Below, one piece after another: positions 24,658-37,300 of a stretch of 64,000 bases of DNA. Both the position numbers and the translations under genes were made by a program. The stretch comes from Felis catus (Eukaryota). The DNA is taken from NCBI RefSeq assembly GCF_018350175.1, contig NC_058368.1, forward strand, positions 200,820,001 through 200,884,000. The letters are read 5' to 3'. Each line of letters begins with the position of its first letter. Positions within the stretch are counted from its first letter, which is position 1. Below the pieces are notes generated by a model that was not told the origin of the DNA, ran no database searches, and worked only from the letters and a program-made list of their open reading frames with translations.

Positions 24658-25609
24658 CCGGGGTTTCTGGCCTTTAAACCTGGGAATCCTCTTTCACTCA
24701 CTCTATCCCTTCATGTGAAATCTTTTCGCAAATATTGCTAGCTCTACTTTGAAATTTCCGCATATACCCAGAATCTGACCATTTTGTCAACACTTTCCCC
24801 CTTAGTGACAAGGTAACATAATTACAGCCCTGCCTAAGCTTCATGTTGGACATGCTCCCCTCCCTCACTCTGGTCCAACTACACCGGTCTTATTTTCTTT
24901 TTCAACACTCCAGACGTGTTTACATCTCAGGACTTTTGTTACATTCACCATTCTCAGATACTCTCATGGCAAATTCTCTCAATACTTTTAGATGTTTCTC
25001 AGAATTCACCTTTTCCAACGTTTTCTCTGGCAATGTATTCAACATCTCTGCCCCCCACAATACTCGTCTTTCATTCCTGCTTTATTTTTCTCCATAGCTT
25101 ACTAAATGATGTCCTTTACTAAAAATCTTGTTTATAGGCTGTCTTCCTCCGCTAAAATGTAAACTACAAGAGAGCATTTTCAGCTTGGTTCAGTAGTGTA
25201 TTCTCAGCTCTTATAAAGGTGCCTAGTACATTGTAGGTTCAACATCAGTATTGCTTGAAAATATGACACCTAGACTTTCCTATTGGTATTTTTTTCTTCT
25301 AGTGTATTTTAAATTCTTTCGTGCAAGAGGGCATGTTTCAATAAAAATTAGCATCTTGGATAGTGAAACACAGGTTTAATTTGTAAATTTATAATGTAGT
25401 TCAATATATTATAAGTCCTCTTCATGGTACTGAACATAACTAAGGCTTTCTCTTCTGAGACCCTAGATGCTACTGCTTTTATTGCGGTCGTAAATGCTCC
25501 ATGACCTCCTGTCTTCAAAAATCTAGTCTCACAACATCTTTTAAATTCTACTATTTTAATTAATTCCCCATTAATTCTCCCAAGAATTCTCTACCCATTT
25601 TCACATGAT

Positions 25610-26490
25610 TTGTTTACCCCAAACCATTTAAACTTGGTATTTATTCCTAGCATTCTACCAAGACTTCCCTTTTTAATAACTCTGAATGACTTCCAGGCTA
25701 CCATTTGTAATGGACTCTTTTAATTTCTAATCTAACTCGATAATTCAGCAATATTCCTCAGAACTGGTCCCTGTCTTCGTTCTGAAACATTCTCAACTCT
25801 TAGCTTCTGGGAGGCCATTCGTGTGTTTCTGGTTTTCCTCCTATCTCATTGGTTCTCCATTCTTGGGCTCTTTTTCTGGCTTATCTTTCTCTCTTCCCCA
25901 TAGCACTGCTCAGGATCGGATAATTGGTGCTCTTTTCTTCTTAATTGCATTATACATGTAGCGGAAAAGGCTACTCCTGGGAATTCAAATATTCACTATT
26001 CTTGTTAATTCTGAAGTTTATATTTCAGACTGAATTGCCAAAATATATCTAATTGCTTACTAATTACATATTTCCAAATATCCCAAGAACAGCACATCCA
26101 AAACTGAATTGATTTTTTTTCACCTCTCAAAAATTTTCCTCCAATGTTCCTCATTTCATCCGGTGGAGCCACTCTCTCATAGTCGAGGCACAATAATGGG
26201 AGTCATTCTTATCAATTCCTTCTCTTTCACTAAGCAACTACGATTCCCAATTCCTGTAGATTCTATTATCTAAATGTTTTTTAAATATCCACTTTTTTTC
26301 AGTTTCCACTGCCAATCTCTAGTCGAAATCCCTGTCATTTTTCGCTTTAACAAATGGAAGAACATCCTAATTGATCTCTGCCTCCGGCTGTGTGCCTCTC
26401 AACGAGTTCTTCATACAGCATTCAGAGTAGTCATTTTAAAAATTAAAAATCTGTCCGTGCCATTTCTGTTTCAAATTCTTCAATGCGCCC
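25610..26490 (+). mobile_element. Second degenerate L2 fragment
   Basis: ctgaaacattctcaactcttagcttctggga...ctggttttcctcctatctc...acatccaaaactgaatt...tgggagtcattctt are L2-like blocks. Confidence 0.6.
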
Positions 26491-26949
26491 CATTGCTTTA
26501 TATTTGTTCTTTATGCTCTCTAGAATACTTGAGCTGCTACTGTAAGTATACATTTATAACTAACATTTTAATTTTGTGATTTTCACACATGACTTCCATG
26601 TATTTCTTTTTAGAACCATATCTGTTTTGTTGCTTTCAAAATGTAAGATTTTTCTCAAGAAATTTAAAAACAATATTACTGTTACAAAGGAAACCAATAA
26701 AGTTATATTCATTTAATATTCAATCATTTTTCCAAATTTTAAAGGTATTTTTATTGATTTTATAGATTTCTTTATATATAATAATCTTATTTGGGGGCAC
26801 AATTTAAAGAATTAATTAGTGACAAGTTTTGAAAGCTTTGGTCTTTGAATATTTGTTTTTCAATGCAACATTCAAGTCAATATCACCTTTACAAAGCAAA
26901 AATGAGGAAAAGAGCAGAAAAGCAATTAATGTCAATTTAATAAATTCTT

Positions 26950-27153
26950 TTTTTTAATGTTTATTTCTTTTTGAAAGAGAAAAAGACAGCATGAGCGGGG
27001 GAGGGGAAGAGAGAGAGACACACATAGCATCCAAAGCAGGTTCCATTTAAGTTGTCAGCACGGAGCCTGGCCCCGGGGTTCGAACACATGAGCCTTAAGA
27101 TCATTACCTAGCTGAAGTCAGATGCTTAACCGACTGAGTCACCCAGGTGCTCC
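26950..27153 (-). mobile_element. Can-SINE
   Basis: TSD tcaatttaa(t/c)aaattctt (26932-26949, 27154-27171). Confidence 0.94.
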
Positions 27154-27191
27154 TCAATTTAACAAATTCTTAATCACAATTTAAAACTTTA

Positions 27192-27407
27192 TTTTAGTTA
27201 ATTTTTTTCTTTTAGAGAAAGAGAGAGAAAGAGAGGAGAGAGAGAGAGAGAGAGAGAGCATGAATGGGAGAGAGGTGTAGAGGGAGAGAGAGAGAGAGAG
27301 AATTTTTAGCACACACAGGGTTTGATCCCAACATAGTGAAATCATGACCTGAGCTGAAATCAAGAGTCTGACACTCAACCGACTGGGCCACCTAGCCCTT
27401 CCACCCC
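27192..27407 (-). mobile_element. Can-SINE, older, internally shortened
   Basis: Perfect 17-bp TSD cacaatttaaaacttta (27175-27191, 27408-27424); long GA tract. Confidence 0.9.
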
Positions 27408-27560
27408 CACAATTTAAAACTTTAGGTAGTAGAATAGGAGTACACACAGACCAAACAAATACGTTTTGGTCTTTTAAATCTCACAGTTAATATTAATATG
27501 TGACTTTATATTTTGTCCACTGCTTGAGGCAGATACAGATATTAGAAACATTGAAAGGGA

Positions 27561-27790
27561 GGGGCGCCTGGGTGGCGCAGTCAGTTAAGCGTCCGACTTC
27601 AGCCAGGTCACGATCTCGCGGTCCGTGAGTTCGAGCCCCGCATCGGGCTCTGGGCTGATGGCTCAGAGCCTGGAGCCTGTTTCTGATTCTGTGTCTCCCT
27701 CTCTCTCTGCCCCTCCCCTGTTCATGCTCTGTCTCTCTCTGTCCCAAAATAAATAAACGTTGAAAAAAAAATTTAAAAAAAAAAAAAAAA
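27561..27790 (+). mobile_element. Can-SINE, young subfamily
   Basis: Perfect 17-bp TSD agaaacattgaaaggga (27544-27560, 27791-27807); long pure A tail. Confidence 0.97.
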
Positions 27791-27829
27791 AGAAACATTG
27801 AAAGGGATATATAGCCATCTAGCTAAGTC

Positions 27830-29240
27830 CTGAGTCCCCTGCCTTCTTTCGTTTTTAATCCTCCTCCTTGTTTGCATCTTTTGGTTCAGATTATGGCATT
27901 GATTTTACCTTCCTGACAATATTAAATAATAATAATGATAAGTACTATTGTGGACCAATTATTTATCTCACTGTGACAAGTTGAAGTGGATCAAAATAAA
28001 AACGACCTTCATTGTTTGTTTACAAAGATATTTTAAATATATACATGATATGTAGGGATTTTGCTTTGTTTTATTTTGTGTTTTAAAATCAGAGATGTCA
28101 ATAAATTTATCAAATGCCTTCAGGCAGCTTGAGGTGATATTGCTTTTCTACTCTCTGCTTGAAATACTGTATTCTGGTAATATGTTTCCTAGTATCACAC
28201 TAGTTTTGAATTCCAGGGAAAGCACTGCTCGTCCTTGGTTTGTTGATTACATACTTTAGGTTTTGTATCTATTTACAAGTAAAATAGATCTTTAATTTTC
28301 TTTTTTTGTTATTTCTTGTAGGTTTTAGCCCACGGATTTTAGTAACTTTATAAAGTGGATCATTATTTCTTTCCATATGTATTTGTGTTCTGAAATATAA
28401 TACTAATTCAACAAATAAAGTCTGAGAACTCGCTATGTTTCTAACATATTCTGACATGTAGGCACTGATGAATATAGTATGTGACTTAACAGAAATAAGT
28501 ATTTCTTTAAAATTTTTTTAAAATGCTCCAAAAAAACCTATCTGGGTGCAGAAACTGTTTTAAGTGTTTCCTTTTTCTTAGTACTGTATATATTTTTCAA
28601 TGACTGTCATAGTTTCAGAGACTCCTAAAGCTTTCTGCAATTTCTAATTCAATGGTACAAACTTCAAGATTTCTTAAATACTTTTAAGGTAATTCAAATT
28701 TGTTCTATATAATATTGTTTAATAAATTTAATCACTTTCAAATATATTGTTACATCCTTTTGTGCTTTTATAATATTTTAAATTTATGTGTTCTCTCTAA
28801 AGTAATTACTTTAATCTATTTAATTTAAAATGCAATTTGATTTTTAATTAAATTTGCTGAAGTTTTGTCAATTTAAACTTTTTTTTTTTTAACGTTTATT
28901 TATTTTTGAGACAGAGAGAGACAGAGCATGAACGGGGGAGGGGCAGAGAGAGAGGGAGACACAGAATTGGAAACAGGCTCCAGGCTCTGAGCCATCAGCC
29001 CAGAGCCCGACGCGGGGCTCGAACTCCCGGACCGCGAGATCATGACCTGGCTGAAGTCGGACGCTTAACCGACTGCGCCACCCAGGCACCCCAATTTAAA
29101 CTTCTTTAAATTACAAAGTAAGTTTTGAATCAGCTCTTGAAAGTCCGTAACGGTTCCACTGTTTTTCTGCGTTATGATCATTATTTGCTGTTTTCATTTG
29201 TACCATTTTCTTCCTTTTATTTTATCTAACTTTGATTCGT
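27830..29240 (-). mobile_element. Degenerate ancient L1M ORF2 fragments (SINE inserted)
   Basis: aaatttatcaaatgccttcaggcagcttgaggtgatattgcttttc and ttttgaattccagggaaa resemble the antisense of the L1 RT region. Confidence 0.5.
28881..29092 (-). mobile_element. Can-SINE, young subfamily
   Basis: TSD caatttaaactt (28869-28880, 29092-29103). Confidence 0.97.
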
Positions 29241-32200
29241 TTGTACAGAGAGAGATTGTAATAAAGGCATGAAGATTGATTCTATGGATTATTTTTACAA
29301 AATTCACCTCTTATAACTAAAGCATGACTGAATTAAAGATTTTTTTTTAAAAGCGTGACTACTTAGGAAAGTTAAAAAGCTAACTCAAACTATTAACTGC
29401 ATTGTAATACGATTATACTGTTATTTTGCCCCTAACCAAAGATTACCTAACATAGAACCTATGGACATAATGTAGAACATTTAGGTTAAAAAAATACAAA
29501 TTTCTCAATATGTAAAGTTCAAATTGTAGGTCCAATTGATATACTATCTGCTATATTTTCCAGCTCTGATATTTTCCATCCACACATTGAAGCCACACAT
29601 GACAAATTAGAGGGGCAGCATTTAGTTCTGCGGTGCCAAAAACTTTGTGTATCTGAATTCTCTCCAACTGACGCTGAAGACTCAAAAGTAGAATTTTGTG
29701 CTAGTCACTGATATTGTGATGAATAGCCTGCATATTAGTTTTATTAACTATGAAAACTTTGACACTAGCAAATGGTAATGAATATAGCACATGTCTAATT
29801 GCTTCTCCACCAACCGTAGGAATCTTTTATTTAAAGCAATTAAGAAATTGTGCTTTGACAGGTTTCAGATTTCATCCATCTGCTTACATATGATTTTCTG
29901 GATGGATATATGAATATTAATAGCAACTCTGTAAACAGGTGCTACGACTCTTCTCTTTGTGAAACAATTTTGTCACAGGTGCATAGCCCTGGTCAGTAAT
30001 GACCTAATTTTGTCGCTGTTTACAACCTAGTAGCTCAAATGGCAATGACATCATTTATCCTATGGGTGGCATCTGCTCCCCATGTCATTAATATGCACAT
30101 CGATGTGCATGTATGTGTGTATATAAGAATATATATATATTCTTAGCAACCATTTTTGTGACAAACAGCAACTGGAGTCCAGGGTGGGGAAGTCAGAATC
30201 TGAGAAATGGTAATTATCTTTCTATTTGTGACACAGATATGATAAAACATATTTATATTTATATACATGTTACACATTGGTTTAATTATCGCTATTTAAT
30301 GAATTGTTTATTATAAACAGACTTAGTGATATTCTCCTTGACGTATTAAAGGCACTTAGTCACAGATGAGACAGATTTCATAAATTTCATGCCTTCTAGT
30401 CTCAATAAGAATTGGTAAAAATAAACTCTAATTGCTTAAATGGATAAATTTGACATTCCTGACCTACATTCTTTTTTCCTACGTTTATGTTTAACACAAA
30501 ATATTTTTAAATGTTCGTTCAATCTTAATATCATTGTGAACTTAATCTATTTCATTTTCTATACCATTTGGAACTGTGTTCTAGCTATTTGCATGTGGTT
30601 TCTTAGATCATTGTATATCGTTTTGATCGGGCATAAGAGAGAATCTAAGAAGAAAACTGTTTTGTAATACACCTATAATACACTGACAGAATGCTGGACT
30701 ACAAATAACAGAGAAGAGTTTATTAGATGGAAGCTGAAATGTGAATGAAGTCATAACTCACTTACACTGGCAGTAGAGCAGAGAAGTACTTGAATGATTC
30801 TGTTTCTACGTTAGGAACAGAATTCTTTAATGTGGAAAGTATTAATTTGCTCCAACCGGTGTCCCTGACATCGTTTGACATTTAAGGAACTAAGTGACGC
30901 CACTAAACTGTGAGAAATTAAATACAAACATCATGAATAATAAACTCAAATATCTTCAGAAGTAAGTGGAAATAAAGGAGATGCTTCATTGAACATGAAA
31001 GACTTATTCTTCCACTAGGTAGGATAATGCCAAAATAGCTGGCATATTTAGGATTATGTTACAAAGAACATAAAATTCAGGTCCTTGCCTCTAGGAGGCT
31101 TGCACTCTATTCATTTGAAAACCCTAAGGAATTTATAGTAGGTAAATATAGATTTTTCATAAATAAATTCTTACAGAAATTACATCCTTAATTGTTTTAG
31201 CTCTGTATCCATATACACATAAAAATTTAATAGAAATAAAGTTGAGATTCAAGACGTCTTCATGAGTCACAAAATTTTAGGAGGTAGCATAAGCTTTATG
31301 TAGAGCTTTGAAAAAGGTAGATAAAATATATCAGATTAAACTAAAACTAGTGTCCAGTGAAAAGTAAATAGTATTTGTCAAAGTATTAAGTGCCAAGAAA
31401 AAAAAAGATTTTGAAGCAGTCTTAAAAATTAAATTTGGAAATCATTTGAAAAACCTATGATTTCAACAATTACTTTCTAAAACTTGGAATATATATGACA
31501 ATATTCACGGGAATCTATAAATTCTGAGCAAAGAGAAAGAAGGAAGTACAGATGTAGGATGATTGACAACTTTGGATCAATGTGATGATTGTATCAATTT
31601 CAGATTCTCTGCTAACAATAGGTGTCTGATTGGACACCACTGACTTTATTGGGAAGGGGATGGAATATAATATACCTTGCAGTGCATTAGTTGTTTGCGT
31701 TGATTGGATGAAAGACAAATTTCACATGGAGGAAAGTCTGAATCCCATCACCGCTGCAATTATATTGAACACCAGTGGAAAAATGCCCTGTTGCTCCCGC
31801 AGTCTGCTGCAAATTAGTAGAATTTTTTTCAAGCCACTGGCTTCCAGAATTCCACATGATTTCTTTTTCAATAAACTGAAACTTGCTTAGATATGTATAC
31901 TTAATAGTAAGTTAAGTAATTGAGTCTGTAAAGCACTGCCTGTTTCCTAGTAGACATCTCTTTTTTTCCCCTGCACTCGAAGTATTCAGCAGTGTGCATC
32001 CACTGACGGGCCTGCTGGCACTGAATACATGAATGGTACATTATTTTATGGCTTTTTTTTCTTGTATGTTAAGGGATAACCTAAATGAAAATACGGCATG
32101 AAAACAAGGCATTAGTATTTCTTGCAGGGAGTAAAATGAAAACTTTGAAGCTGATGAGCGTTGTAGCCCATACCTTCTTTGTGACCAATTTATAACATCT

Positions 32201-33473
32201 CTGCCCTAGTGTTCCCGGTAAGTGCTCTGAGAGTAAACTAAGTATACCATTTATTGGATTAATTTAGCAGAGTATGCAGCAAAAACACCTTGTAAACAAA
32301 ACAAGACACGGATTTTTTTTTTAAGCTTTTATTTTGCTTATCAAGTTGGTGCCATCAAATGTTTACGTACTGGATGCTATTGGGATTCCGAAATAAAGTT
32401 GGGGGTGGGGGAGAAATAATCTGATTGAAGCAGCTTTCTAAGTAACATATTTTTAACTATTTCTCAAACCTCTTTGCTCTGTTAGCCTTCACAAAATGAC
32501 AAGGCTATTTTAGAGCCATAAACCTCAATGCCCCGCGCAGTTATGGCATGCAACCAAAGACGACTGGAGAGAAAATGAAGCCGTAATTGACTACAGCTGC
32601 TCAAGACTAACATTTCCCAACAGCATCCCAAGATTCTTAGATTGATGTTTCTTTCTACCTAAACACAGATCAATGTGAGCCTCTTGTGATTTATCCACCG
32701 GGTAAACTGAGGGAGCCCCAGGGTGGTCTCTGGGGTCTCTACACTGCCCAAGGCATGGATGGTTCTGACTCCAGAAGCCAATGATTGGTATGTGCTTGAT
32801 TGCTACTCACTTGTTATGTTCAGTGCTCCGAATGAAAGTAAAATGACAGCAATTTTCTTTGCTCGTGTCTTGTTTTTAACTTGGTACAAGGCTTTGCCTT
32901 CAAATCTCAGGAAAGGATTCTGTGCTTTGGAGGTTGCTATTAAAATATAGACTGGAACCATTACATTTTATTGGCTTAGCCTTTCCCTGCACTGCCTATA
33001 AAAACAGACACTGCTTTAAAACCTCCCACTAATGTCCACTTTCTTGAGGGTGGAGCTGACCTCAAGCGGTTTACTACTTGTCTATTAGTTAAGACTAATT
33101 AACTTTGACTTTGTTGTTAGGGCTGCCTAATCTGGGGTTTCATCTTAAATAAATTGGAGAAATACTGAGTTCAATCCAGCACTGGACAGTGACTTCTTTT
33201 ATTTTTCTTTACTTCTCAAATCTTACTTAAAAGAACATTTTGTAAATGTACAATCAGCTCCTCATCCTTTAATAATTAAATACTCTTTACTGCCAGATAT
33301 TTTTTATGATGAGACTATGGTTGTGTCACTTGCTCCTTTTCAAATAAGATATGTAATTCAAATTAAAGAAACCATGAAATATAGGAAATAATGTTTTCAT
33401 TGATTAATGGATTGTCTTAAAATTAAATCATTTGCACTGCCTTTTGGCTGAAATGATTCGTACACTTTGATTT

Positions 33474-33685
33474 TTTTTAAGTTTATTTATTTATTTTTGA
33501 AAGAGAGAGAGAGCAAGCATAAGCAAAGGAGGGGCAGGGAGGGAGGAGGAGAGAGAATCCCAAGCAGACTCTGCATTGCCAGCACAGTGCCCTACATGGA
33601 GCTCAATCTTAAGAAATCACGAGATCATGACCTGAGCCAAAATCAAGAGTCAGATGCTTAATCGACTGAGCCACCCAAGTGCTGC
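33474..33685 (-). mobile_element. Can-SINE, older copy
   Basis: TSD tacac(t/a)ttgattt (33461-33473, 33686-33698). Confidence 0.93.
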
Positions 33686-34430
33686 TACACATTGATTTCT
33701 AACTGTAATATCAGTCTATAGTCAGTGGTGGGAACTGAAGAAATAGGTCACACAGTTTTTGAACTATGGAGAGAGAACTTGGGCTATATCTTATTTTTGT
33801 TTAACGTAATAATTCATATGCAAAATAAATACAAAGTAAATATTTTGTATAGTTTTATTAAAATTACCATAATGAGCAAAACATTTCCATATAAATCCAG
33901 CCTTCTTGAAATTTGAATAATAGCAGTGAAAGTGCTGTTTCTGCAATATCTTACTTTAATATATCAAGTAGATCAAAAAGCTGGCTAGCATTTTAACTTA
34001 GGTTATGGTCAAGATAAAAGTTGTTATAAAGCCATGGTTTCTAAAATCTTATTTTTTTCATTGTTTTTATTTAGATCTACTTGTATAAAGTATTTAACGT
34101 AGAATTTGTATATAGTTTTCTTCCACCTCCCAGAAATACATCTTTGATAAGAGAAACTGTTTTCTTCCCCAACACAATAGATCACGAACCTGGCCTCTAT
34201 TGATCGATGGCCAAATCAAAATGTAGTGTTTGTAAACACAGGGTCAGTGGTCTGAAAATAAAATAGCTTACATTTTTTAACAGAATCTTTGAGGCCAAGC
34301 ATTGGGTGATTTTCGCAGATGCTGGCAGACGCTATAAAATCAACCCATCTGCCTTGGCCATGTCCTCTAAGTATGCTATTATTGATGAATATTAATGGCA
34401 TCATAGCTTAGCAGGGTTGAAATAAACACT

Positions 34431-34825
34431 TGTATCACTCAAGGTTCTCTAGAGAAAGAATATATATGACTTATTTTATGAATTATAAAACAGATCTGTT
34501 ACATGATTTATTTTAAGGAGTTGGCTCACCCACGTGTGGAGGCTGGCAAGTACAAATTGAGTTGGGCATCCGTCAGGCTGGTAACTCAGATAGAAGTTGA
34601 TACTGCAGTCTTGAAACCAAATTTCTTTTCCAGGGGCCTGGAGTTTGTTCTCCTCAGGCCTCCAACTGGTTGGATACTGTGCAATCATATTATAGAGCAT
34701 AATCTCCTTTACTTAAAGTTAACTACCTCTACAAAATATCTTCACAGCACCCTTTAGGAGAGTGTTTGATTAAATAACTGGATACTGCATCATAGCCAAA
34801 TTGATACATAAAACGAACCATCAGA
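34431..34825 (-). mobile_element. ERVL solo LTR (MLT2C/D-like)
   Basis: tgtatcactcaaggttctctagagaaa...tttattttaaggagttggctcac...gccaaattgatacataaaacgaaccatcaga; perfect 5-bp TSD acact (34426-34430, 34826-34830). Confidence 0.85.
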
Positions 34826-35329
34826 ACACTTTTTGCTTTGCTGCCGGGGGTGCTGGCTGCAGAGGTTTTGGGTGCCTGCACTTCGTATTATTTATCTTTG
34901 CTTCTCTACTTCCCCTGGTATTTAAGAATTAGCACACTGAAGAATCTGTGTTAAAAATCTTTTCAGGATCTTGCCCTCTCCCCTACTTCTTGTTCCAGGA
35001 GTTCAGGGTATTTTTTAAAGTAAAATCTTTACAGTAGCACTTAAGCAAAAACAGAACACCATCATTTGGGTCAAAAGATTGTTTCTGACTCGAGTTCTGC
35101 ATAATTTTATTGATCGTAAAGGAACAACAAGATTCCAGTAGAGATTACACTGTTTTTTGTTACTCTCTGGACAGCGGAAGTGTAGTGGAATATTGAAGCA
35201 GCCACCCAATGTAACTGGTACACTTACTAATGTAAAAAAAAAAATACAATTTACAAAACAACTGTTCAGACCTTCTTTCTCGTGGGTTCATTCCCGGAGT
35301 CTTGACTTCACTTAAACATCCTGTGGGCT

Positions 35330-35765
35330 CTAGCTTCTGTCTGTGTTGGATCTAATCACAACTATAGCACTTCCTAACCATGTGAGATTAGGGCAAGTGA
35401 CCTAACGACTTTGTGCCTCAGCATTTTTTTTTTAATTTTTTTAATGTTTATTTATTTTTGAGAGAGACAGAGACAGAATGCAAGTGGGTTAGGAGCAGAG
35501 ACAGAGGGAGACACAGAATCCGAAGCAGGATCCAGGCTCTGAGCTGTCAGCACAGAGCCTGATGTGGGGCTCCAACTCACGAGCTGTGATATCATGACCT
35601 GAGCGGAAGTTGGTCGCTCAACCGACTGAGCCAACCAGGCGCCCAGCATTTTTTTTTTTTAATGGTGAAAATGATATTGGGATGTTGAGAGTATCAAACA
35701 ATACATTAGAAAAATATTTTTGTTACATCTCTCACACATAATACACAGTAAGTGTCGGCTATTAC
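35330..35765 (+). mobile_element. MIR SINE split by a Can-SINE
   Basis: gcacttcctaaccatgtgagattagggcaagtgacctaacgactttgtgcctcag core; tail resumes after 35660. Confidence 0.7.
35434..35644 (-). mobile_element. Can-SINE
   Basis: Reverse head ...ccaggcgccc; TSD cagcatttttttttt on both sides. Confidence 0.95.
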
Positions 35766-35829
35766 AATAACAAGAATTCCTTTCTATTATTGTTGTGTGT
35801 TTACCTTGACATTGAGTTAATTTCAGTGT

Positions 35830-36030
35830 GAGACAGTGGAATAAATATAGATTTGGAAACCAAACATTTTTACTAGTTATATGACCTTGGACAGTTTATG
35901 TAACCTGTCTTGTCCTCAAGTTCGCCATGTGTAAATTGAGAAAAATAAATCATTTAAGGTGGTTGGCGGGATTCAGTAAGACAGTGTAAAACTACCAGTA
36001 CTTGCTGACACATAGTAGGTATGTAAAGGT
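35830..36030 (+). mobile_element. MIR SINE
   Basis: ttactagttatatgaccttggacagtttatgtaacctgtct...cctcaagttcgccatgtgtaaattgag...gctgacacatagtagg. Confidence 0.7.
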
Positions 36031-36148
36031 TGCGTGACTTACTTTTTCATTAAGAACTAAGTTACTGAATAAACAAAAGAGACAATTTGGATTTCATATT
36101 ATACATTCATGACATTCATGTTTATTACATTCATATGCACTCACATTT

Positions 36149-36364
36149 AAAAAAATTTTTTTTTCAACGTTTATTTTTGGGACAGAGAGAGACAGAGCAT
36201 GAACGGGGGAGGGGCAGAGAGAGAGGGAGACACAGAATCGGAAACAGGCTCCAGGCTCTGAGCCATCAGCCCAGAGCCTGACGCGGGGCTCGAACTCACG
36301 GACCGCGAGATCGTGACCTGAGCTGAAGTCGGACGCTTAACCGACTGTGCCACCCAGGCGCCCC
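36149..36364 (-). mobile_element. Can-SINE, young CpG-rich copy
   Basis: TSD t(a/g)tgcactcacattt (36134-36148, 36365-36379). Confidence 0.96.
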
Positions 36365-37139
36365 TGTGCACTCACATTTTATAAACACATCACATTAAGA
36401 ATAGTGGCTTACATGAATTTTTGTCTCAGTATTGAAAGGCAACTCAACCATCCTAGAGAAAACTCTTGTTACTTGTTCTCATTAAGGCAATGCCCTTGTC
36501 GTAAGTTTGTTCAGCTCCTAAGAGGGACAGATAAGAAATATTGTAGGTAGAGACACTTATCCTCTTGGGACATCATTTTTCTCCTACCCTAAATGCCATA
36601 CCTGATTATGGCTTGTGTTTCCACTGGTGGCTTCAGGAAAACTTTTTCTTCCTGAAATGGGAGTTTCGACATCCAGGTGATGGTTTAAAACAAAGTCTTG
36701 GCAGTTGAAAGAATTATTCTTTAAGCCTGCTTCTTTCATTCATTGGGAGAGTACGGAACTTTACTGCTAAGGAAATATTTTTGGAAAGACTTGATCAAGT
36801 GCTTTGGGCACTATTAAAGTTGTTGCTTTGGTTGTAGTTTTCTGTATGAAATATTTTATAAGAACGGTGAAAACATCCTATTTGAATCTTTCTTCTTTTT
36901 CACTTTTGGTTTCTCTCCCTGTGCAGGAATGGGGGCTTAAAGCTTTAGCTTGAATTAATGCATATTATTCTGACCCAGAAGTTTTCCCTCCATTGATCAA
37001 AAATAAAAATCCAAATAGGTGGCCTTACTGGGCTCACCTGCCTTCAGGAATTAAGCAGTGTTCATAGGTGGGAACCAAAATGTGGAAAGATATACACCAA
37101 ACTAATTATAGGAGGCCTAGAAATTGGAGGTAAGGTTAT

Positions 37140-37300
37140 GCATGAGGTAGGTTAAATTATACCAAGACAACAAGTAATTCCAAATCTCAGGGTTTTAAAC
37201 CTCAAAGATTTGTTTCTCACTCCTGTTACTCTCTCATTCAGGGTTTGCAAGGAAGTTCTGCTCATTACGAGGCTCCCTACTATAGGGAGCAATTGCTAAT
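37140..37300 (-). mobile_element. MaLR LTR fragment (MLT1K/L-like)
   Basis: ccaaatctcagggttttaaacctcaaagatttgtttctcactc. Confidence 0.5.

Larger units (their letters stand above)
21590..25260 (+). mobile_element. Long degenerate L2 LINE (endonuclease region to 3' end) with nested insertions
   Basis: CT-rich L2-like sequence; 21844-21879 translates TPVIILADSSNH, a relic of the endonuclease IILGDFNxH motif; L2 3' end ctaaaatgtaaactacaagagagc...gtgcctagtacattgtagg at about 25150-25260. Confidence 0.65.

Noticed and set aside
33439..33449. gccttttggct match to the U2 snRNA 5' region
   Set aside because: Only 11 nt and the flanks do not extend the match.
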